DNA from: Prorocentrum cordatum
Lineage: Eukaryota
Assembly: GCA_963575745.1 (NCBI GenBank)
Contig: CAUYUJ010000003.1
Location: 1,240,001 to 1,304,000 of the forward strand
Direction of reading: 5' to 3'
Length of the DNA stretch: 64,000 nucleotides
A program made the position numbers and the translations under genes. Under the pieces are notes generated by a model. The model did no database searches, was not told the DNA's origin, and saw only the letters and a program-made list of their open reading frames with translations. Shown here piece by piece: positions 13,813 to 27,715 of the stretch (its first letter is position 1; every line of letters begins with the position of its first letter).

Positions 13813-15380
13813 CCGCATCGCGGAATTCCACTTCAGCCACGCACCCAGGGACAGTGAATGACCGCTCGGTTCAACCCCCTCACTCTGATATATTGATACG
13901 CCCCGCAATTTCGGATAAGAGTGAGGGGGCGGGCGCGGGCGACGCGGGCGTCGAACCGGCGGACCTCGTGGCCCTCACCGTCCCTGTCGATGGCGCCCTC
14001 CTCCTCCTCCTTCTCGTTTTCCTCCTCCTTTTGCTCGTCCCCCTCCTCCACCTAGAAGGAATTTAAGAACAGCCCGCCGCAAACGCCGAACATTTTGATT
14101 TGTACACTGAACGCGGTGTGGGTCGCGGTGGGTCGCGGGTGGGTCGCGGGTGGGTCGCGGGGTGGGTCGCGGGTGGTTTGCAGGTGGGTCGCGGGGTGGG
14201 TCGCGGGTGGGTCGCGGGGCGGGTCGCGGGTGGGAAAACGACAACAAACAACAACCGACAACAACAACAACATCAACAGCAACAACAACAACAACAGCAT
14301 CAACAACAACCACCACCACCACCAACAACAATAACAACAATCCGCATCGCGGAATTCCACTTCAGCCACGCACCCAGGGACAGTGAATGACCGCTCGGTT
14401 CAACCCCCTCACTCTGATATATTGATACGCCCCGCAATTTCGGATAAGAGTGCGGGCGACGCGGGCGTCGAACCGGCGGACCTCGTGGCCCTCACCGTCC
14501 CTGTCGATGGCGCCCTCCTCCTCCTCCTTCTCGTTTTCCTCCTCCTTTTGCTCGTCCCCCTCCTCCACCTAGAAGGAATTTAAGAACAGCCCGCCGCAAA
14601 CGCCGAACATTTTGATTTGTACACTGAACGCGGTGTGGGTCGCAGGTTCTCCACCTGGAACGAATGCGAAAGAAACCCGCCGCAGGAGCCGAAGTTTTGG
14701 CTTGTTCAATGCACGTAGGTTGGGTAGCGGGTGGGTCGCGGGCTCTCCACCTCCACCTGGAAAGGATTCAAAAACAGCCCGCCGCAAGCGCCTAACATTT
14801 TGATGTGTACACTGAACGCGGTTTGGGTCGCGGGTGGGTCGCAGGTTCTCCACCTGGAACGAATGCAAAAAAAGCCCGACGCAGGCGCCGAAAACTTTGG
14901 GTGGGTCGCGGGGTGGGTCGCGGGTGGGCCGCAGTGGGTGGCGGGTGGGACGCGGGCGCGGTTTGGGTCGCGGGTGGGTCGCAGGTTCTCCACCTGGAAC
15001 GAATGCAAAAAAACGCCGCAGGAGCCGAACAATTTGGGTGGGTCGAGGGGTGGGTCGCGGGTGGGCCGCAGTGGGTGGCGGGTGGGACGCGGGCGCGGTT
15101 TGGGTCGCGAGTGGGTCGCAGGTTTTCCACCTGGAACAAATGCAAAACAAAAAAACGTCGCAAGCGCCGATCAATTTGGGTGGGTCGCGCGGTGGGTCGC
15201 GGGTGGGTCGCGGGTGGGTCGCGGGTGGGTCGCGGGTGGGTCGCGGGGTGGGTCGCGGGGTGGGTCGCGGGTGGGTCGCGGGTGGGTCGCAGGGTGGGTC
15301 GCGGGTGGGTCGCGGGGCGGGTCGGGTGGGACGACGACAACAAAGAACAACAACAAACAACACCATCAACAACAACAAAA
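12800..15380. repeat. 11-bp gggtcgcgggt minisatellite complex with (CAA)/(CAC) tracts and internal duplications
   Basis: Dozens of gggtcgcgggt copies; 13810-14120 is duplicated at 14339-14640. Confidence 0.9.
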
Positions 15381-15640
15381 ATTTTAAGACCGTTCGCCCT
15401 TATATGCTCGAGTGTCCAATAACGCGTATTTCCCAAACCCTCGATACCCGCCCTGCTCGTCTTCGATCGAACCCCTTTTGGGGGCATACCATTATTCCCT
15501 GCAGGCCGGGCCCCGGCAAGCGGCGGGGCGGCCGCGGACCGTCGGCCTGGCCAGCGGCAGCGCTGATCGGCGGGGCGGCCGCGGACCGTCGACCCGACCC
15601 CAAGAGGGACGGACAGGGGACCGACCACGACGACGACGAA

Positions 15641-15680
<40 letters not shown>

Positions 15681-16630
15681 TCGAGGACGACGGCGACGAC
15701 GGCGACGACGAGCGAAAGCGAGAGCGAGAGAGAACGACAGCAGGGCCACGAAGGGCACGAAATAGGCCACGAAGGGCGACAGCGGGGACACGAAGGGAAT
15801 GCGTATGGGGCCACGAAGAGCGCGAACGAGCGGGGGCCACGAAGGGCAGATAATGCGGGGCCACAAAAGTCAACTATGGGGCCGCTCAGGGTAGCAACTG
15901 GGCCTCGTAGGACAGCGAGGGGGACACAACGTGGATACGAAGGGCACGCACATGGGGCCACAAAGGGCGCGACTCCTGGGTGCCTGGGTGTCGGGAGCGC
16001 GGCGCTTGGGCAAATTGCAGGAAATTCCAACGCAGGGCTATTCTTCAGTAAGTTGCAAGCAAATCTCCAGCGCGCGATTCCAGAGCGCCGGGAGAGCGAT
16101 TCCTGCAAAAATTGAAAGGAAATCCCAAGCGAGAGCGCGACTCCTGAATAAAATGCGAGGACGTCTCGGGCGGGAGCGGGGGTCCTGGCTAAATTGTGAG
16201 AAAATCTCAGACGGGAGCCGTTGTTGTTGTAACCCGGGGGCCATGGGCCCAGTTCGAGCAGGAAGACGTTCCTTGTCCAAAAACAAGGTGCGAGCGTCGA
16301 AGGACACACTTTGATTTGGAAAAAGCAATATGCACCGGTGGGGGGGATCAACAATAATTATTCAGAATTGAGAACTCAACAACAGCAACAATCATTTTAA
16401 GACTGTTCGCCCTTATCTGATCGAGTGTCCAATAACGCGTATTTTCCACCCTCCGATACCCGCCCTCTTCGTCTTCGATCGAATTCCCTTTGGGGGGCAT
16501 ACCTTTCTTCCCTGCAGGCCGGGCCCCGGCAACCGGCGGGGCGGCTCCGCCTGGCCAGCGGCAGTGCTGATCGGCGGGGCGGCCGCGGACCGTCGACCCG
16601 ACCCCAAGAGGGACGGACAGAGGACCGACC

Positions 16631-16685
<55 letters not shown>

Positions 16686-19426
16686 AGACGACGAGCGAAA
16701 GCGAGAGCGAGCAAGAACGACAGCAGGGCCACGAAGGGCACCAAGTAGGCCACGAAGGCCGACAGCGGGGACACGAAGGGAATGCGTATCGGGCCACGAA
16801 GAGCGCGAACGAGCCGGGGCCACGAAGGGCAGATAATGCGGGGCCACAGAAGGCAACGATGGGGCCACTGAGGGTAGCAACTGGGCCACGTAGGACAGTG
16901 AGGGGGCCACTAACGGCGACAGCGGGGCGACGTAGGGCATGCACATGGGGCCACAACGGGCGAGAACGAGCGGGGGCCACGAAGGGAATACGTATGTTGG
17001 GCCACAGAGGGCAAGGACGGGACCACTGAGCGCAGCAACGGGGCCACGAAGGGCAGCGAGGGGGCCACGAAGGGCTGCAACGGGGCCACGAAGGGCATGC
17101 AGCTGGGGCCACCAAGGGCGCGAACGAGCGGGGGCCACGAAGGGCATACATATATGGGGCCACGAAGGGCAGCGAGGGGGCCACGAAGGGCTGCAACGGG
17201 GCCACGAAGGGGAGCGAGGGGGCCACGAACGGCTGCAACGGGGCCACGAAGGGCTGCAACGGGGCCGCGAAGGGCAGCGATGGGGGCCACGAAGGGCTGC
17301 AACGGGGCCACGAAACAAAGCGAGGGGGCCACGAAGGGCAGCGAGGGGGTCTCAAAACAAAGTCCGGGGCCACGAAGGGCTGCAACGGGGCCACGAAACA
17401 AAACGAGGGGGCCAGGAAGGGCTGCAACGGGGCCACGAAGGGCAGCGAGATCCCGATTCCTAGGTAATCTGTGAGGGGGTCCTAAGCGTGAACGCGACTC
17501 CTGGGTGCCTGGGTGTCGGGAGCGCGGCGCTTGAATAAATTACAAGAATTCCCATGCAAGGGCGCTATCCGTCAGCAAGTCTCCAGCGAAAGCGCGACTC
17601 CAGAGCGCCGGGAGAGCGATTCCTGCAAAAATTGAAAGGAAATCCCAAGCGAGAGCGCGACTCCTGAATAAAGTGCGAGGACGTCTCGGGCGGGGACGGG
17701 GGTCCTGGCTAAATTGTGAGAAAATCTCAGACGGGAGCCGTTGTTGTTGTAACCCAGGGGCCATGGGCCCAGTTCGAGCAGGAAGACTTTCCTTGACAAA
17801 AAAACAGGGTGCGAGCGTCGAAGGACACACTTTGATTGAGAAAAAGCAATGTGCACCGGTGGGGGGGATCAACCATAATTATTCTGAATTGAAAATTCAA
17901 CAACAACAGCAATCATTTTAAAACGGTTCGCCCTTATCTGATCGAGTGTCCAATAACGCGTATTTCCCACCCCCCGATACCCGCCCTCTTCGTCTTCGAT
18001 CGAACCCCTTTTGGGGGGTATACCTTTCTTTCCTGCAGGCTGGGCCCCGGCAAGCGGCGGGGCGGCTCGGCCTGGCCAGCGGCAGTGCTGATCGGCGGGG
18101 CGGCCGCGGACCGCCGACCCGACCCCAAGGGGGACGGACAGAGGACCGACCACGACGACGACGACGTCGACGACGACGGCGACGACGACGGAGACGACGA
18201 GCGAAAGCGAGAGCGAGCAAAAACGACAGCAGGGCCACGAAGGGCACCAAGTAGGCCACGAAGGCCGACAGCGGGGACACGAAGGGAATGCGTATCGGGC
18301 CACGAAGAGCGCGAACGAGCCGGGGCCACGAAGGGCAGATAATGCGGGGCCACAGAAGGCAACGATGGGGCCACTGAGGGTAGCAACTGGGCCATGCACA
18401 TGGGCATGCACATGGGGCCACAACGGGCGAGATCGAGCGGGGGCCACGAAGGGAATACGTATGTTGGGCCACGGAGGGCAAGGACGGGACCACTGAGGGC
18501 AGCAACGGGGCCACGAAGGGCAGCGAGGGGGCCACGAAGGGCGACAGCGGGGCCACGAAGGGCATGCATCTGGGGCCACCAAGGGCGCGAACGAGCGGGG
18601 CCACGAAGGACATACATATATGGGGCCACGAAGGGCAGCGAGGGGGCCACGAAGGGCTGCAACGGGGCCGCGAAGGGGAGCGAGGGGGCCACGAACGGCT
18701 GCAACGGGGCCACGAAGGGCTGCAACGGGGCCACGAAGGGCAGCGAGGGGGCCACGAAGGGCTGCAACGGGGCCACGAAACAAAGCGAGGGGGCCACGAA
18801 GGGCAGCCAGGAGGCCACGAAGGGCAGCGAGGAGGCCACGAAGGGCAGCGAGGGGGTCACAAAACAAAGTCAGGGGGCCACGAAGGGCTGCAACGGGGCC
18901 ACGAAACAAAGCGAAGGGGCCAGGAAGGGCTGCAACGGGGCCACGAAGGGCAGCGAGATCCCGTTTCCTAGGTAATCTGTGAGGGAGTCCTAAGCGTGAG
19001 CGCGACTCCTGGGTGCCTGGGTGTCGGGAGCGCGGCGCTTGAATAAATTACAAGAATTCCCATGCAAGGGCGCTATCCGTCAGCAAATCTCCAGCGAGAG
19101 CGCGACTCGAGAGCGCCGGGAGAGCGATTCCTGCATAAATTGTAAGGACGTCCCAAGCGAGAGCGCGATTCCTCAATAAAATGTAAGAAATCTCGGGCGG
19201 GAGCGGGGGTCCTGGCTAAATTGTGAGGAGGTATCAGGCGGGAGCCGTTGTTGTTGTAACCCGGGGGCCAGGGGCCCAACTTGAACAGGAAAATGTTCCC
19301 TGTCAAAAAAGAAGGTGCGAGCGTCGAGGGGCACACTTTGATTGAGAAAAACCATATGCACCAATGGGGAGGGGGATCAACAATAATTATTCTTCAAAAA
19401 TGAAACTTCAACAACCACAACAACAC

Positions 19427-19482
<56 letters not shown>

Positions 19483-19484
19483 CC

Positions 19485-19527
<43 letters not shown>

Positions 19528-19650
19528 CGATCAACAACAACAACAACAACAACAATATCAACATCAACAACACGCCACATCGCGAAATTCAACTTCGGCC
19601 ACGCACCCAGGGACAGCGAATGACCGGTCGGCTCAGCCCCCTCACTCTGA
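15370..19650. repeat. Higher-order tandem repeat: 3 units of ~1.0-1.5 kb with expanding gggccacgaaggg subrepeats
   Basis: The unit-start motif gttcgcccttat...tcgagtgtccaataacgcgtattt recurs at ~15392, ~16405 and ~17926. Confidence 0.9.
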
Positions 19651-19752
19651 CGAGGAAGGAGGAGGAATAATGGGAACATGAGGAAGAAGAGGACGAGGAG
19701 CAGGAGAAAGAGGACAAAGAGGAGGAACAACAGGAAGAGGAAACGGAGGAGA

Positions 19753-19783
<31 letters not shown>

Positions 19784-20497
19784 AACCGACGAAGAGGAGG
19801 AACTGAGGGGGGAAAGGAGGAACCGACGAAGAGGAGGAAAAGGGAATGAGGAGGAGAAGGAGTAGGACGAGGGAGGATGACAAACAATAAAACGGATAAC
19901 TGCAGGAGGAAGAGGAGGAACAGGAAAAGGAGGACGAGCAGGAGGAGGACGAATGTCATATTGTGATTAACAATTCCATGGGGGGGAGAAAACACACATA
20001 ATAATAGCAACAATAATATGAGCACGAATGATGATAATACTAATAATCCTAATACTAACGATAGCAACATGAATAACAACATTTTAGCAATAATAGTGAT
20101 AATAATACTAATAATGCTGCGAATGATAGGAATAGTAAAAATATTAATAACAGTGATAATTATAAGAAAAATGAAAACAACGAAAAATAATGATAATGAT
20201 GATAATAATCATGAAACTACGAATGGGAACAATACTAATATTCGTACCAATAATAATAGTAATAAAATTCCAGTAATAACAACGATGATGCTGATAATAG
20301 TAATAATAATACCAATACTAATAATGACGATGGTGATAATAATAATAATAATAATACGAATAATAATGCTACTAATAGTGGTAATATAATAATACTAATA
20401 TCAAAAATGATAATTATAATAATAATAATAATTATTAATTACTAATAATAATAAAAATAATAATAATAATAATAAATTATAATAACAATAATAATGA
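19650..20497. repeat. (GGA)n tract followed by an AT-rich (TAA)n tract
   Basis: Visible directly. Confidence 0.9.
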
Positions 20498-21128
20498 TAA
20501 GCGTTCCCCTGCTAGGGCGAATCTCGGGGTGGCGCCCGCCAGATTGAACATCAACGGGGCGGCGCAGGTGATTAGCGCCGACGCCCGGCCGCCAACGATG
20601 GGCAAGGTGGGGGTGTTTGGAGGCGGGTGCGAGCCAGGGGGGTCGAACCGATGCGGGCCTGCGGGCAATGCGGGCTGGACGAAAATTGGCGCAGCAACGG
20701 GGGGGATTTGCCAAGCAGCTCACGTCGCCGATTTTCCGAGCGTCCCCTGGCACCGAAAAGGGCCATGCGTCGAGGACTGGCCCATCGGCGGGGCGACCGA
20801 AACAAGCTGCGCGCAGCAGGTTTTGCAACCCCACTTTTCCTTTCCAAGCCTTTTTTCGTCCGACCCGAGCTAGGCGGGTAGTCCTCCTCCCTCCCTGTCG
20901 CCGTCCTCGCCGCTGTCCCCAACCCTGCCTGCGTCCGTTTCCAGCGGCCGCTCTCTTCGTCGACGACGACGACGACGAACACGACGACGGCGACGACGGG
21001 ACGAGGACGAGGACAACGGACGGCGCAAGGCAGACGGCGACGGCGGCGACGACGACGACGCACTGCGGATGCCCTATGAGGGGGGGGGGGGGCTGCGCAG
21101 GCCCGCTGTAATCGACGACGGCGGCGGC

Positions 21129-21159
<31 letters not shown>

Positions 21160-21748
21160 GGACGAGGTCGAGGACAACGGACAGCATACGGCAGACGGCA
21201 AACGGCGGCGACGACGACCACGACGACCGACGAAGACAAAGACGACGACGACAGGGACGACGAACAAATAAAGACGACGACGACGACGACGCCTGAGAGG
21301 GAGAACAGAAATTCGCGTCGGATGTGTACGGCCCTTACTTCTATACAAAAAAAATCGTTTTGAGGTTGTCATGCATGGGGGGTACACGATCCCCTCGGCG
21401 GTGCCAGCGACGACCCCTTGGCGCCCGTGTTGCATATATATATAGAGAGAGAGAGAGAGAGATTTCGCGGCCCGCGGGGTCTATTCATCAGCCCCGGGGT
21501 GTACCCTTTTGTGACTCACAAGAAATCATTAAGCGTAGGGGAGGGAGAAGGAAGAGGAGGAGGAGACCAGATGGTTTCGAGGGCCCGCTCGAAGGCATGT
21601 TTTCGGGGATATCTCGAGCGAAGCGCTGATGCTGAAACGAAAGTGTTAAACACCCACGGGCTTTACAATACTCCCTTTCATTGGCCATCTTGGAGGTCAT
21701 CCGAAATCGTTCCGAACATACGCCTAACAAACGCTCTTGGCGCACCTC

Positions 21749-23516
21749 ATTACCTAACAGCAAAGACTGATAGGTTTCTAGTAGTGTCAAAACAAAGCAT
21801 CACGACTCCCCAGGGGGTCTGGGCGGCATCCGGACAGGGATCCGCAGAAGTCGTTTTAAGCAAACAAAACACACTTCGTGGTCTTCGAGGTCCCAGAACT
21901 CCACTCCCGGGCCACATTCTGAATGCCCGGAGCCAACTGTAAGCCACTTCGTGCTCTTCGAGTGCCCAGAACTCCATTCCCGGGCCACATTTTGAATGCC
22001 CGGAGCGAACTGTAGGCCACCTCGTGCTCTTCGAATTTCCAGAACTCCAATCCCGGGCCACATTTTGAATGCCCGGAGCCAACTGCAGGCCACTTCGTGC
22101 TCTTCGAGTTCCCAGAACTCCACTCCCGGGCCACATTTTCAATGCCCAGAGCCAACTGTAGGCCACTTCGTGCTCTTCGAATTCCCAGAACTCCATTCTT
22201 GGGCCGCGTTTTTCAATGCCCGGAGCCAACTGTAAGAGGATCAGGGGCAAGAGCACGAGGAGGAGGAGGACGAGCAAGACGAGGAGGACGAGGACGAGCA
22301 CGAGGAGGAGGAGGAGCAGGAAAAGGAGGACGAGCAGGAGGAGGAGGAGGAGGACGAGCAGGAGGAGGAGGACGAGCAGGAGGAGGAGGACGACCAGGAG
22401 GAGGAGGAGGGGAGGGGGAGGACGACCAATACGAGGAGGAGGAGGAGGAGGGGAGGGCGGCCGGCTGCCCTGGCCGGCTGCCCCGACCGGCCACATTTTC
22501 AATGCCTAGAGCCAACTGTAGGCCACTTCGTGGTCTTCGAGTTCCCAGAACTCCATTCCTGGGCATGATTTTGGATGCCCGGAGCCAACTATAGGCCACT
22601 TCGTGTTCTTCGAATTCCCAGAACTCCATTGCCGGGCCACATTTTGAATGCTGAGGCAGGCTGATGCTGAGGCTGAGGCAGGCTGAAGCTGAGGAAGGCT
22701 GAGGCTGAGGCTGAGGCCGAGGCTGAAGGCAGATTGAGGCTGAGGCTGAAGCAAGCTGAGGCTGAGGCTGACGCAGGCTGAGGCTGAGGCTGAGGCAGGC
22801 TGATGCTGAGGCAGGCGCAGGCTGAGGCCGAGGCTGATGCAGGCTGATGCTGAGGCAGGCTGAGGCTGAGGCCGAGGCTGAAGGCAGACTGAGGCTGAGG
22901 CTGAAGCAGGCTGAGGCTGAGGCTGACGCAGGCTGAGGCTGAGGCTGAGGCTGAGGCAGGCTGAGGCTGAGGCAGGCTGAGGCTGAAGCTGAGGCTAAGG
23001 CAGGCTCAGGCTGAGGCTGAGGCTGCAGGCAGACTGAGGCTGAGGCTGAAGCAAGCTGAAGCTGAGGCTGAGGCAGGCTGAGGCTGAGGCTGAGGCTGAG
23101 GCAGGCTTATGCTAAAGCAGGCTGAGGCTGAGGCTGAGGCTGCTGCGGGCTGAGGCTGAAGCAATTGCCTTAAGCTAAAGCTGAGGCTGACGCAGGCTGA
23201 GGCTGAGGCAGAGGCTGAGGCTGATGCTGAGGCAGGCGCAGGCTGAGGCTGAGGCTGCTGCAGGCTGAGGCTGAGGCAGGCTGAGGCTGAGGCCGAGGCC
23301 GACGGCAGACGGCAGACTGAGGCTGAGGCTGAAGCAGGCTGAGGCTGAGGCTGAGGCTGAGGCTGATGCAGGGTGACGCTGAGGCAGGCTGAGGCTGAGG
23401 CCGAGGCTGAAGGCAGACTGAGGCTGGGGCTGAAGCAGACTGAGGCTGAGGCTGAGGCAGTCTGAAGCTGAGGCTGAGGCTGAGGCTGAAGCCGAAGCAG
23501 GCTGAGGCTGAGGCTG
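21749..23516. mobile_element. Putative non-autonomous element: hairpin head + 73-bp tandem array + (GCTGAG)n
   Basis: Head attacctaacag...ctgataggtttctagtag is shared with 60179; 73-bp units at 21870-22650; (gctgag)n at 22650-23516. Confidence 0.6.
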
Positions 23517-23869
23517 TGACTGCGAATGCCGTTGCCGCTGCGACTGTCATCGCGAATGCGACTACGACTGCGAGAACAGCAGAATTATACAACTGGATTC
23601 CCATCTGAATATTAAGGGGAATGCTTCCATATGCTCCTACACATCGCTGTTTGGTTGCTTTGCCAGGATATTGTTTCGAGGATACCTCAGGCGAGCCGCC
23701 CATTTCTGGAGGTCCACAGATTAGACCCACGACTTCAACATCCTCATTTCTGGGGATGACTCTGGCGAAACGCCAGTTTTTAGAAGAAGACGTCTCAATA
23801 CACGACCTTCAACTACTTCGCGATGTGGCGAAGATGTCTCTGGCGAAAAGCTCTGTTTTCAAAACCGCC

Positions 23870-25800
23870 ACGTCAGGGCAGCGACGCCGCCCCGCCGCCG
23901 CCCCCCCTCTGAAACCCCCTCCGGGCCGATGACCAAAGTCCATTGCGCGACTCTTCGGATCTAATCGCGCTGCCCGTCATCCGCCACGTCGGGGCCGCGA
24001 CGCCACCTCGCCGCCCCCCCCCCCTCCCTGGATCCCCCACTCGACCGACAATTCCCCCCTTGTTCCCGTAAACAACGTCCTTCGCGCGACCCTTCGAGTC
24101 TAAGCGCTCTTCCCGCCATCCGCCGCGCGAGTCTCGAGGAGCAGCGCCGCCGCCGCCCCCCCTCTGGATCCCCCTCCGGGCCAATAAGCTACGCCCATCG
24201 CGCGACTCTCCGAGTCTGACCGAGCTCCCCGTCATCCGCCACGTCGGGGCCGCGGCGCCACCCCGCCGCCACCTCCTCCCTAGACCTCCACTTGATAATC
24301 AATATCCCCTTCTGGACCCGCAAACGACGCCCATCGCCCGTCTCTTCGAGTCGAAGCTCGCTTTTTTGGAACCGCAGCCCCAGATCACGGGGTCTCGCGA
24401 GCTATCGCAGGGCCCGCCGCGTGGTCAACCGGCGCGCGTGCGCGCCTGCTGGCGTCGCATACGAAGCTGCCGCCCGCTGGCGGGGGGCTCGCGCATCAGC
24501 ACTCGGCCCTCTGGCCAAGGGACTGGCGGCAGGCAAGGAAACTCCAAGCGGCGCGACGCAGTGGGCGCGGAGAAGCATGGCGCGCGGATTCTGGAGCCGC
24601 CCTTACCAGCAGCGCGAAGTCGGCAACGCTCCAGGGTGGTGAAACGAGGGAGGCAGACAGACGGACCGACCACCTGTCTGCGGGCTGCGGGCCGAGCCAA
24701 ACGCAAAGTCACCGCCGCAGCAGGCCGGGGGACAGCGAAATGGCAAGAGACGCGCCAGCGTTGGGGAACAAAACGAACTAAATTGTACAACGGCGGAAAC
24801 CTCACCAGGGCGAGAGCAAAACTTTGTCGAGTCTAAACGCAGCGGTCACTGTCGGCTCTCACGGGCCACGGGGGAGTACTGCGGCAGCTTCCCATTCTGC
24901 TTGATCCGAAGGACGCGGAATTGGTTGGCGTAGTCGACCGCAAACAACCGGACGCAGGCACGCGGGAAGCCCAGCCACTGGGTAACTGTCGGGCTCCACG
25001 CGAGCCATCTGGCGAGCGCGATGTCCGCTGCGTTTACAGCCGGGGGCAGACCTCGCTGAAGGTCCTCAACTCCGTTGCGGCGAGGTAGCAGATACTTCGG
25101 TCCGCGGGCTGGTGCTTAGCGCGCACAAAGGCCTGTGGCGCCGGGATATATCCTGAGCCCCCTCGAGCCAAATGACCGGGTGGCAGCGAAACAGCGAGGT
25201 GATCGAGGCCCCGACCTGTCCCGACACTTGGGCGTCCACGCATCCCCCGTAGCAGTTGCAACTGCTGCGTCGCCGAGTTGAGCAACTCCATGGCGTCGCC
25301 CTGCCGCGATGCCCTGGCCCCCCTATAGAGATCGGACCGCGACGACGCTCGCCCTCTGGCGAGAATGGCACGGCAAGCTCGGTGATAGTTCCTTGTGCCG
25401 CGCACTGGCTCGCCCCCATCATCGGCGTCAGTCGATGTCACGGAGCTCCACGGTGATCGCGCCGTCACCGAGCGCTCGGCCCTCCAGCGCGGGCGACTTC
25501 GGCTACCGATGGCGCAAAGAAGAAGGATGAACGAAACAAGTCCCGCCATCGACTGCGCGCATGCTGCGCGGGGGCTCGCGACCCCGCCGACGCGCGAGAA
25601 ACGCCGGAAATCGCTCGAGCCAAGGCCGTGCCAAGCGCGCCCCCCGTCATCCGCCGAGCGAGTCTCGAGGGGCAGCGCCGCCGCCACTTCCCCCTCGACC
25701 GCCCCACGTGAGGAGGATGCCCCTCGGGGCCCGCAAACGACGCCCACAGCGCGACTCTTCGAATCCAAGCGCGCCCCCCGTCGCCCGCCAGTCAAATTCA
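23870..25800. repeat. Degenerate ~130-bp modules (cgcgactcttcg...cccgtcatccgcc)
   Basis: Related copies across 23870-24360 and again at 25635-25790. Confidence 0.55.
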
Positions 25801-26383
25801 GCGCGGATTTCGTGCCCAGAGAAGACGGAGCCCCGGGACTAACGGCGCGCGCCGAGGGCGCCCCCTGTCAAAAGCCTAAGCTACAGCCAATAACCTGAGC
25901 TCCAGCTCTGCCGGGGCGGCGGCGGGAGGGGGCTCTGCCGGGGCCGGGGGGGCCCTGCCCCGCCTGCGCCCCGCTTCTTGGGCGAGGCTGGGGGGCGCGA
26001 GAATCCGCTGGGCCCCCGCCCCGGAAGGCCGGGGGGCCCGAGGTGGCCGCCCCCTTTTTCTCAGGCGGCCGAAGATGCACCCGAGATGGTCAAGGGTGCC
26101 CTCCAAGAGAAACCCGAAGTCCAATTCATTGATTTTCTACATGCTTTTGAAGGATTCGGGCGCCGACGGTCCCGGACAGAGGCCTCCAGGATCGCCCCGG
26201 AGGAATCCGAGACAGCCCCGCGGCGGCCCATGGGGCTCCTAAGACGGCCCCGAGAAAGTCACCAGACGGCCGCGAAGTGCCCCCTGACTGCGCAACGGGG
26301 CGCTCGAAACGGCGCCCGACGACGCCCGTCGGGCCACGGGCACCTCGAGACAATCAGGAGGGCTCCCGAGACCCGCCCCCCCC

Positions 26384-26422
<39 letters not shown>

Positions 26423-27715
26423 AGTTTCAAAGACCTCTCAAGAGGCCTCCTCCTGCGACGGCCCCAACCCACGACGGCCCCATGAGCCCTCGAGCGAACC
26501 CGAGCACCGTCGGGGGCGCCCAGGATCGGCGGCGCTAGCCGGAGGCCACGGCAACGAAGGCACGCTGCGCGCGCCGCGCGCCGCGCGGGTGTCGTGCCGC
26601 ATGAGTGCCCGCACCTCCTTCGCCCCTGCTATATTGCGAGCAACGGCGATGGCCCCTGCGGCCGGGCGCCTCGACATCGGGCCCAGCGACTGCGCGCGCC
26701 TGGGCTTCGAGAAATCTCCGCGAACGTTCGCGGACTTCCCTGTTGGCGGGTCCTTGTGCGTGCCGCGCAACGCATCGACAAGGCTGACGGCCGCTTTATC
26801 CAGTTCGCCCCGCGGGTGCTGGCACTCCGTTTGCCCATCACTTCGATAATCCGCCATGCGAACGGATCGCGCCATGTCCACGGCACTCTGAAACACTACC
26901 GACGAAAACGTAAACCCAAACCTCCACTCGCGCCGAAACTGCGATTCCACCCGGCGCGTCACGATGCGGGACCAGTGCCAATTCCACGCGGGGCGCCGCT
27001 GGCCCACGTCGATGGCGCTCGTTGGCCTGCCACTCAGGCAGATCTGGCGTTCCATCGTCAAACTTGACCGAGCATAGGAATGCCACCCAAAAAACAACGG
27101 AACGATTTGATCCACCATGTGGTGTCCAGTATGCACGAAACCACGCACGCGGGGCGCGTATGTTTCCATAAGCTCCCACAGCCGAAACTGCACCGATTCC
27201 AGATGAACGTTCGCCGCTCTGTCTTCCATCCTGCTCGTCCTCGCGAGAGCGCGCTCGTCTCCGTCTCCGCCGCAAGGGCACTCGGGCCTTTTCGCACCTG
27301 CCCGTCCACGTTCTGTACAAGAGTTTGCGCCTCTCTGGCCCCTACGGCCCCCTGGACACTCCACGCCGCTGCTGGGCTTCCGCTCTCCTTCTGTGCATGC
27401 GACCTACCAGACAGAAGCTCGAACGCACCCTGCCGCAACCTGTTCGCGTCTACTTCGTCCACAAGCGACTTCTCCATCATGACGGCATTCAAAATCTGCA
27501 GGTCCATGTCGACAAGGTGGCGCAAGACGTCCCCAAAACGCCTCCATGAGGGGGCCCAGACGGGGGGCCCGAACGGACATTTCGAGCCCTTGGCTTCGGA
27601 ACCCACCAGGAGGCGCCCTTGAAGTCTCTGCCCCGAAACCCACCCACAGTGGTTGCACGGGCATGAATCCTCCGACCAAATCAAACGGTCGGCGGGTGTG
27701 GCGCAAGCCCTTAAA

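Noticed and set aside
19990..20497. AT-rich island as foreign DNA or a membrane-protein ORF
   Set aside because: Degenerate (TAA)n microsatellite
12333..23730. Many long ORFs (up to 520 aa) such as RGPRRAA, GWVAG and poly-Q/D/V
   Set aside because: Translations of satellites and microsatellites, open in several frames on both strands
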